20,763 bases of DNA from Candidatus Nealsonbacteria bacterium (GTDB taxonomy: Bacteria; Patescibacteriota; Minisyncoccia; Minisyncoccales; MHMH01): positions 1-20,763 of the forward strand of contig JACPLM010000028.1 of NCBI GenBank assembly GCA_016186525.1. Reading direction: 5' to 3'. The notes below the pieces were generated by a model that saw nothing but the letters and a program-made list of their open reading frames with translations, made no database searches and was not told where the DNA came from. Both the position numbers and the translations under genes were made by a program. This document shows positions 14,912 to 20,763 of this stretch, one piece after another. Position 1 is the stretch's first letter. Each line of letters starts with the position of its first letter.

Positions 14912-15649
14912 ATGAAAGGTAAAATCGGCATAATTTTAGTTGTTATTGGCGGAATTTTTATCCTTGGCTGGTTTTTGTTTTCTAAATTTTCAGCGCCGGA
15001 GTCAGATATTGTAGCCAGAAACGGGCTCCATTGGCACTCAAATTTAAGTATTAATATTTTGGGCGAAGCTCAAGATGTTCCGGCAGGCCTTGGATTGGGA
15101 AGACTTCCCCATAATCCAATGCACACTCATGACCGCGATAACGTTATCCATATGGAATTTTCCGGAACAGTCAGGGAAGATAACCTTCTCCTTGAAAAAT
15201 TTTTTGAAATTTGGGGAAAGCAGTTTAATAAAGACTGCATCTTTGATAAATGTTCGGGGCCGGATGGGAATCTGAAAATGATGGTTAATGGCAAAGAAAA
15301 TAGCAACTTTGATAATTATATGATGCGAGACGATGATAAAATCGAGATAATTTTTAGCGCCTCGGCCTCTGCGGTTAAAGAAATTAAGGTGCTGGGAACG
15401 GAATTTTCTTTTGAGCCGTCAACCATTGAAGCAAAAAGCGGTGAAACCATAAAGATAATTTTCCAAAATAAAGGATCAATGCCTCACAATTTAACTATTA
15501 ATGGCCCGGGAGTTGCGACAAAGACAGTAGGATCTAGCGGAGAAGATGCGATTGGATTTAAGGTTCCCAGCGCCGGGACTTACTCTTTTGAATGTTCTGT
15601 GCCCGGCCATAAGGAAGCCGGCATGCGGGGAAATCTGATAGTAGATTAA
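14912..15649 (+). CDS. membrane-anchored His-rich domain fused to a cupredoxin (type-1 copper) domain
   Basis: N-terminal TM. The His cluster is HWHSNLSINILG...PHNPMHTHDRDNVIHMEF. The C-terminal plastocyanin/azurin-like ligand set is MPHNL...FECSVPGHKEAGM (His, Cys, His, Met). Confidence 0.82.
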   Translation: MKGKIGIILVVIGGIFILGWFLFSKFSAPESDIVARNGLHWHSNLSINILGEAQDVPAGLGLGRLPHNPMHTHDRDNVIHMEFSGTVREDNLLLEKFFEIWGKQFNKDCIFDKCSGPDGNLKMMVNGKENSNFDNYMMRDDDKIEIIFSASASAVKEIKVLGTEFSFEPSTIEAKSGETIKIIFQNKGSMPHNLTINGPGVATKTVGSSGEDAIGFKVPSAGTYSFECSVPGHKEAGMRGNLIVD

Positions 15650-15663
15650 TGTAATATTCCAAT

Positions 15664-16497
15664 ATGGATATTATTAAGGCCTCCGGAGAAAAAGAAAAAT
15701 TCGATAAAGAGAAGTTTTGCCGATCGCTTAGAAGAGCCGGAGCTGATTCCGAGGCAGTTCAAAAGATTTGCGGCGCAATAACAAAAGAAGTATATCCCGG
15801 GATAAGTTCAAGGGAGATTTTCGAAAAAACTCAGAGTTTTTTAAAAAAAGACAATCCGATATTAGCGGCCAGGTATAATTTGAAAAGAGCCATTATGAGG
15901 TTGGGGCCGACCGGTTTTCCCTTTGAGAAATATATTGCCGGAGTATTGGAAGAATATGGCTATACAACTCAAGTTGGAAAACAAGTTATGGGCCGCTGCG
16001 TTACTCATGAAGTTGACGTTATTGCCCAGAAAGAAGGAAAGCATTTTATGATTGAATGTAAATATCACAACAGCGGCGGAATTCGGTCTGACTTGAAAGT
16101 GGCTCTGTACACCTACGCTAGATTTTTAGATGTGGAGGAAGAATGGAGGAAAATTCCAGGCCACAAAAATTTTTTCCACCAAGCATGGCTGGTAACTAAT
16201 ACCAAATGCACAAGCCAGGCTATAAAATATGCCAATTGCGCCGGCTTAAAGATTCTCAGCTGGCGTTATCCGAAAGGCGGCAGCTTGGAGAATCTAATCG
16301 AGAGAAAGGGCCTTTACCCAATTACCATTCTTCCGTCATTTGCAAGATATGCCGGAGAAAGACTGGCCCAGCAGGGGATTATGCTGACTAAGAATTTATT
16401 GCAGTATTCCGCAGACAGCTTATCAAAAAGAACCGGCCTTAAATTGCATATTATTCAAAGGCTTCAGGCGGAAGCTAAGCAGATTATAAATAGTTAG
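15664..16497 (+). CDS. ATP-cone domain protein fused to Mrr-like PD-(D/E)xK restriction-endonuclease fold
   Basis: The N-terminal ~90 aa (IIKASGEKEKFDKEKFCRSLRRAGADSEAVQKICGAITKEV...REIFEKTQSFL) match the ATP-cone pattern. FEKYIAGVLEEYGYTT...THEVDVIAQKEGKHFMIECKYH gives the D...E-x-K nuclease motif. The helical C-terminal tail may be HhH-like. Confidence 0.78.
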   Translation: MDIIKASGEKEKFDKEKFCRSLRRAGADSEAVQKICGAITKEVYPGISSREIFEKTQSFLKKDNPILAARYNLKRAIMRLGPTGFPFEKYIAGVLEEYGYTTQVGKQVMGRCVTHEVDVIAQKEGKHFMIECKYHNSGGIRSDLKVALYTYARFLDVEEEWRKIPGHKNFFHQAWLVTNTKCTSQAIKYANCAGLKILSWRYPKGGSLENLIERKGLYPITILPSFARYAGERLAQQGIMLTKNLLQYSADSLSKRTGLKLHIIQRLQAEAKQIINS

Positions 16498-16515
16498 ATA
16501 TAAAAATAGCATAAT

Positions 16516-19014
16516 ATGAAAAAAGAAGTATTTAAAATCAGGGGCATGCATTGCGCTTCTTGCGCAAATACTATTGAGAAAGTAGTTGCTAATTTAGTCG
16601 GAGTAAAGTCGGCTCAAGTTAATTTTGGGGCAGAAACCCTGTTGGCGGAATACGATGAGTCAAAGACCGGTCCTGAAGAGATAGCTAAAACCGTAGAGGG
16701 CGTGGGGTACAAGCTTTTAATGCCGGAAAGGAAAGAGCCGTCCCTGGTTAAGACTGCGGACGGTAAGGCATTTTTGGCTTTTAAGGTCGTGGGCATGGAT
16801 TCGCCTCATTGCGCCATGATCGTTGAAAAGGCGCTTAAAACTTTGCCCGGCATTGAGAAAGCCGAAGTGGATTACAACAATACCAGAGCCAAGATAGTTT
16901 TTGATCCCAAAAAGATTTCAGGAAAAGAAATTGAGAAAGTTATTGACGATACCGGCTATGAAGCCATTGCGGAAACTTCGGAGGCCCATGATATTTTAGA
17001 AAAAGAAAAACAGGAGCGGGAGAAAGAAATTTCTAATTTAAAAAGGAAGGTGATTATCGGAGTTATTTTTTCCATAGTCATATTTTTGGGCAGTTTTCCA
17101 GAGTGGTTCAGCTTTGTCCCCAAAATTTTAACCAATTATTTCATTTTATTTTTACTAACAACGCCTGTTCAATTTTGGGTGGGCAGCAGATTTTATCGGG
17201 GCTTGGTTGTTTTGTTCAAATACAGAACGGCCGATATGAATACCTTAATATCCATAGGCACCCTATCGGCATATTTTTACAGCGCAGTTGTAACTTTTTT
17301 CCCGGAATTTTTTATGAAGGGGGGCATTTTGCCAAAACCGTATTTTGACACTTCGGCAATAATCATTACTTTAATTTTACTTGGCAGATATTTTGAAACA
17401 ATGGCCAAGGGCAGGGCTTCAGAAGCCATTAAAAAGTTAATGAAGCTGGGAGCTAAAACCGCCAGGATTATAGTTGGGGAGCAAGAAAAAGAAATTGAGA
17501 TTGAAGCGGTAAAAGTCGGAGATATAATTTTGGTCAGGCCCGGTGAAAAGATTCCGGTTGACGGCGAAGTTTTAGAAGGCAAGTCGTCCGTTGACGAATC
17601 TTTGGTTACAGGAGAATCAATGCCGGTAAGCAAAGAGCAGGGTTCAAAAGTTATCGGCTCTACCATTAATCTTTCAGGAGTATTGAAATTCAGAGCCAGT
17701 AAAGTCGGGAAAGAAACTTTGCTTGCGCAGATTATAAAAATGGTTGAGCAGGCCCAGGCCTCCAAAGCTCCGATTCAGCGGCTGGCGGACTTAGTTTCTG
17801 GCTATTTTGTCCCGATTGTTATCGGGATTGCCATTTTAACATTTATTGTTTGGTTATTTTTTGGGCCTTCGCCGGCCATAACTTTTGCCTTGGTTAATTT
17901 TGTGGCGGTATTAATTATCGCTTGCCCTTGCGCCTTGGGGCTGGCCACCCCCTTGGCGATTATGGTGGGTACGGGATCGGCTGCCCAAAAAGGAATTTTA
18001 GTGAAAGACGCCGAGGCCCTGGAAATCGCCCATAAAGTAAAAGCGATTATTTTAGATAAAACAGGAACTTTAACCAAGGGGAAGCCAGAACTGACCGATA
18101 TTAAAACCTTTGGCGGCAACGAGAAAGAGATTTTGCAATTGGCTGCCAGCCTGGAAAGATATTCTGAACATCATTTAGCAAGGCCGATAATCGCCAAAGC
18201 CCAAGCCGAAGGATTGGATTTTTTAGCAGTTGAAAATTTTAAGGCAGTTGCCGGCAAAGGAGTAAAAGCCAATTTGGGCGCCATAGGCAATAGGGGACTA
18301 ATGAAAGAATTGGGCATATCTTTGGAAGATATTGAAAAAGATATCGTAAAATTGGAGGAGGAAGGTAAAACAGCGGTAATTTTGGCTGTTGGAAACAGGC
18401 CCAAGGGTATTTTTGGCATTGCAGATACTCTTAAAGATGAAGCAATCGGAATAGTGAAATCGTTAAAAAAAGAGGGTTTGGAAGTTTGGATGATAACCGG
18501 CGACAATGAAAGAGTAGCAAAGGCTATAGCCGGACAAGTTGGCATAGAAAATATTATGGCTGGTGTACTGCCTAATGAAAAAGCAGAGATGGTTAAAAAA
18601 TTACAAAGCGGAAAAATTGAAAATTGGAAATTGGAAATTGGAAATTCCCGCCAGAGGCGGGTTGTGGCTATGGTGGGCGATGGCGTTAACGATGCCCCGG
18701 CTTTGGCACAGGCAGAACTGGGCATTGCTATGGGCGAGGGCACAGACATTGCCATGGAATCAGCCGAAATCACCTTAATGAGAGGGGATTTAACCTTGAT
18801 ACCTGAAGTAATATCTCTTTCCAAAAAAACTTTGGGAATAGTCAAACAAAATTTATTCTGGGCATTTTTCTATAACGTGGCCTTTATTCCGGTGGCAGCA
18901 GGCGCCTTATATCCATTTTTTGGCATCTTGCTCAATCCTATTTTCGCCGCCGCTGCCATGGCTTTCTCGTCTATTTCGGTAGTTCTCAACTCTCTTCGTC
19001 TAAAGCGAGTATAA
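16516..19014 (+). CDS. copA: copper-translocating P1B-type ATPase
   Basis: Two N-terminal HMA domains: GMHCASC, and a degenerate GMDSPHC in which the first Cys is replaced by Ser. CPC motif [11 protein letters not shown], phosphorylation site DKTGTLT, hinge [10 protein letters not shown], and MITGDN. Confidence 0.95.
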   Translation: MKKEVFKIRGMHCASCANTIEKVVANLVGVKSAQVNFGAETLLAEYDESKTGPEEIAKTVEGVGYKLLMPERKEPSLVKTADGKAFLAFKVVGMDSPHCAMIVEKALKTLPGIEKAEVDYNNTRAKIVFDPKKISGKEIEKVIDDTGYEAIAETSEAHDILEKEKQEREKEISNLKRKVIIGVIFSIVIFLGSFPEWFSFVPKILTNYFILFLLTTPVQFWVGSRFYRGLVVLFKYRTADMNTLISIGTLSAYFYSAVVTFFPEFFMKGGILPKPYFDTSAIIITLILLGRYFETMAKGRASEAIKKLMKLGAKTARIIVGEQEKEIEIEAVKVGDIILVRPGEKIPVDGEVLEGKSSVDESLVTGESMPVSKEQGSKVIGSTINLSGVLKFRASKVGKETLLAQIIKMVEQAQASKAPIQRLADLVSGYFVPIVIGIAILTFIVWLFFGPSPAITFALVNFVAVLIIACPCALGLATPLAIMVGTGSAAQKGILVKDAEALEIAHKVKAIILDKTGTLTKGKPELTDIKTFGGNEKEILQLAASLERYSEHHLARPIIAKAQAEGLDFLAVENFKAVAGKGVKANLGAIGNRGLMKELGISLEDIEKDIVKLEEEGKTAVILAVGNRPKGIFGIADTLKDEAIGIVKSLKKEGLEVWMITGDNERVAKAIAGQVGIENIMAGVLPNEKAEMVKKLQSGKIENWKLEIGNSRQRRVVAMVGDGVNDAPALAQAELGIAMGEGTDIAMESAEITLMRGDLTLIPEVISLSKKTLGIVKQNLFWAFFYNVAFIPVAAGALYPFFGILLNPIFAAAAMAFSSISVVLNSLRLKRV
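18613..18647 (+). repeat. five tandem heptamers (A/G)AAATT(G/C) inside copA
   Basis: AAAATTG, AAAATTG, GAAATTG, GAAATTG, GAAATTC at 18613, 18620, 18627, 18634 and 18641. They are followed immediately by the hairpin CCCGCC-AGA-GGCGGG (18647..18661). Confidence 0.85.
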
Positions 19015-19020
19015 ATAAGT

Positions 19021-19033
19021 GCCTGTGGATAAC
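19021..19033 (+). promoter_or_regulatory. DnaA-box-like motif inside 13-nt repeat GCCTGTGGATAAC (copy 2)
   Basis: Identical to 5454..5466. TGTGGATAA lies at 19024..19032, 7 nt upstream of the lexA-fusion -35 element. Confidence 0.4.
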
Positions 19034-19039
19034 CTCCCG

Positions 19040-19069
19040 TTGACACCCGACTGAACGGTCGGGTATAAT
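19040..19069 (+). promoter_or_regulatory. consensus sigma70-type promoter of the LexA-methyltransferase gene
   Basis: TTGACA (19040..19045), 18-nt spacer, TATAAT (19064..19069). A second TATAAT at 19072..19077 abuts ATG 19078. No SD, so the mRNA is leaderless or nearly so. Confidence 0.6.
19045..19064. promoter_or_regulatory. perfect 7-bp inverted repeat in the promoter spacer (candidate operator)
   Basis: ACCCGAC-TGAACG-GTCGGGT fills the -35/-10 spacer. It could be a LexA autoregulatory site, or a weak hairpin terminating copA. Confidence 0.4.
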
Positions 19070-19077
19070 TGTATAAT

Positions 19078-20763
19078 ATGAAAAAAGAAGACGCCACTAA
19101 AAGGCAAAAACAGGTTTTAAAAATCATTTATAACAGCTTAATTAACGCCGGTTTTCCGCCGTCTTTCAGCGAGCTCAAAGAAAAATTAAAAATTTCCTCC
19201 AACCAGTCTCTTTTGGATCTTTTTTCAATTTTAGAAAGAAAAAGCTTAATCAGGCGTGAGGAGGGTTCTGCCCGTGGCATTAAAGTTCTCAAAGCTGGGT
19301 ATAAAGCCATTAATGCTTCGCCTCTGGCTCCGATAGTCGGCGCCACGTCAGCCGGCAGTTTCACCGAAGCCATAGAAGAAATTGATGCCTGGGTTCCTTT
19401 GTCAAAAGATACGGAAGTTATCTCCGAAGATGTTATAATTACTAAAGTGATAGGGGACTCAATGATAGGGGCCGGAATAAACGACGGGGATTTAGTCCTA
19501 TTTAAAAAGACAAACGATTTTATTTCGGGCGACATTGTCCTGGCCCAAACACCCGACGGCACAACGGTAAAGCGTTTCATCTCCCAAAATAAACCTCCCT
19601 ACAAATTTTTAAAGCCGGAAAATCCAAAATATAAACCAATTACTTTTACCGCCGAAACAGAGTTAATCGGCAAGAAAAAAGAGTTAGGACAATTTTTCAC
19701 TAAAAAATCAGACTATATTTTTCAGAGGTTAGAGAAATATATTAAAGGAAAGAATGTCGTTGATCCTTTTGCCGGAGAGGGAGATTTGTTAATCTGGGCG
19801 AAACAAAAAGGAGCAAAAACCGTAAAAGGCGTCGATGTTGACGAGAGATATGCCCAGAAGAAAGATATATCTCATGGCGATAGTATAAAAAATCCTTTGC
19901 AATATCAGTTCGTTTTAACTAATCCGCCATATCTTAACATAAATAAGGCTAGTGAAGAAATAAAAAAACGATATTTTGTTGATTCAGGATTCGAGGATTT
20001 GTATCAGCTTTCTCTCCGCACTATTATGGATAGCGACGAGGGTATTGTTATTGTTCCGATAAATTTTCTATCAGCTGAAAATTCAAGGAAGATTAGAGGC
20101 ATATTTTTTAATAAATTCGAAATCGTAGAGATGAATTATTTTACTTGTCAGGTTTTTCCAGATACGACATACAACGTTATAGCGTTTTATTACAGAAAGA
20201 AAAATAATCCGTTAGATACGAAATTTACCATAAAAACTCACATATACCCGCAAAACAAGAAAATAGATATTGAATTAAAGAAAGAGTTCGGCTGGACTAT
20301 AAATGGCTCATTCCTTAAAATTATTAAGAGCCAGAAGAATGAACTGGGGATATATAGATTAACAGAGGAAGACGTTAAAAAAAATCACGGGCACATGGAG
20401 GTACCGGCCACGTATAACCATGTAAAAAATAAAATTCCCATAACCGTATCGAAAAATTTATATGATTTAATAAAATCTAATATTATTTTATTAAAGGCTA
20501 TTGATAGCGGGACGGAAGAAGGTAAAATCAGTTTAGAAAATATAAGAAAATATGGGGTTGACTGCCTTGTCAGCAAAGAATCGTCAAGGCACATGATATA
20601 TTTTATTTTTGAGAATAAAGTATCTATTCCGGAGCAAGAAAAAATTATAGATATCTTTAACAGTGAAATAAATAGAATGAGAGACGAATATTCATCTTTA
20701 TTTTTGACTAATTACCGCGATAATGGCAGAAAGAGAATATCCTTTGACTTCACCTATAAATTT
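19078..20763 (+). CDS. lexA: LexA repressor (wHTH + S24 autopeptidase) fused in frame to a gamma-class N6-adenine DNA methyltransferase; 3' end beyond the window
   Basis: I translated it by hand: 562 sense codons with no stop up to the window edge, which is why it is absent from the ORF track. LexA part: RQKQVLKII...GFPPSFSELKEKL...SARGIKVL, Ala-Gly site in VGATSAGSF (19351..19356), GDSM Ser (19459..19461), TVKRF Lys (19570..19572) and LKPENPKYKPI. MTase part: GQFFT (19687..19701), VVDPFAGEGD (19756..19785), NPPY (19921..19932), followed by a TaqI-like downstream layout. Confidence 0.85.
   Translation, partial: MKKEDATKRQKQVLKIIYNSLINAGFPPSFSELKEKLKISSNQSLLDLFSILERKSLIRREEGSARGIKVLKAGYKAINASPLAPIVGATSAGSFTEAIEEIDAWVPLSKDTEVISEDVIITKVIGDSMIGAGINDGDLVLFKKTNDFISGDIVLAQTPDGTTVKRFISQNKPPYKFLKPENPKYKPITFTAETELIGKKKELGQFFTKKSDYIFQRLEKYIKGKNVVDPFAGEGDLLIWAKQKGAKTVKGVDVDERYAQKKDISHGDSIKNPLQYQFVLTNPPYLNINKASEEIKKRYFVDSGFEDLYQLSLRTIMDSDEGIVIVPINFLSAENSRKIRGIFFNKFEIVEMNYFTCQVFPDTTYNVIAFYYRKKNNPLDTKFTIKTHIYPQNKKIDIELKKEFGWTINGSFLKIIKSQKNELGIYRLTEEDVKKNHGHMEVPATYNHVKNKIPITVSKNLYDLIKSNIILLKAIDSGTEEGKISLENIRKYGVDCLVSKESSRHMIYFIFENKVSIPEQEKIIDIFNSEINRMRDEYSSLFLTNYRDNGRKRISFDFTYKF

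Noticed and set aside
18613-18647. CRISPR-like or minisatellite array
   Set aside because: The units are 7 nt with no spacers, and they sit inside a coding region. This is a microsatellite, not a CRISPR array.
17277-18845. Long - strand ORFs inside copA (17277..17765, 17802..18119, 18171..18845) and + alternative-frame ORFs (17103..17348, 18563..18778)
   Set aside because: They lie entirely within the well-supported copA frame and are Ser/Pro/Ile-rich, as is typical of antisense or off-frame translation.
19128-19580. Track ORFs 19128..19580 (-), 18870..19127 (-) and 20385..20594 (-)
   Set aside because: They are antisense shadows of the LexA-MTase reading frame. The + frame has strong family motifs, whereas the - strand products are low-complexity with no motifs.
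1-20763. Recoded genetic code (UGA as a sense codon, as in some candidate phyla)
   Set aside because: Conserved proteins such as pyrG end at TGA at their expected lengths, and no conserved gene is interrupted by in-frame TGA.
11687-20763. Mobile genetic island carrying the copper operon and the MTase
   Set aside because: No integrase, transposase, tRNA target or flanking direct repeats are visible. Only the intragenic G+C drop in the MTase half hints at foreign origin, and that is not enough to call a mobile element.

Overview
This is an A/T-rich, tightly packed bacterial fragment, with every gene on the + strand except rpmA. It uses the standard genetic code (TGA acts as a stop, e.g. at the end of pyrG). 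Most genes lack a recognisable Shine-Dalgarno sequence; uppS, with GGAGG, is an exception. Several near-consensus sigma70-type promoters sit so close to the ATG that the mRNAs would be leaderless. The gene content, including a DUF5667-like secreted protein, many small membrane proteins and compact operons, resembles CPR/Patescibacteria, but that is inference only.

Gene order:
- exported protein, cytoplasmic PAS histidine kinase, and Zn/Mn-type ABC ATPase plus permease (58-3410)
- secreted coiled-coil protein with a P/Q-rich tail (3453-5303)
- a roughly 570-bp non-coding island carrying a promoter, a structured RNA candidate, terminators and a thrice-repeated motif (5454-6027)
- small membrane protein, S41 peptidase, rplI and pyrG, with rpmA convergent on the - strand (6028-9886)
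- FAD reductase (GGR family) and uppS (10015-11617)
- a tightly spaced Cys/His-rich envelope operon ending in copA, with an ATP-cone/Mrr-type nuclease embedded in it (11687-19014)
- an ORF absent from the supplied track because it runs off the 3' edge (19078-20763): a complete LexA (wHTH plus S24 autopeptidase) fused in frame to a gamma-class N6-adenine DNA methyltransferase. It sits behind a consensus promoter with a perfect palindrome in the spacer.

The LexA-methyltransferase fusion is the best candidate for something undescribed. The structured RNA island, the Cys-rich copper operon with its embedded nuclease, and a heptamer-repeat insertion inside copA are the next most interesting. No rRNA, tRNA, CRISPR array, transposase or integrase was seen.
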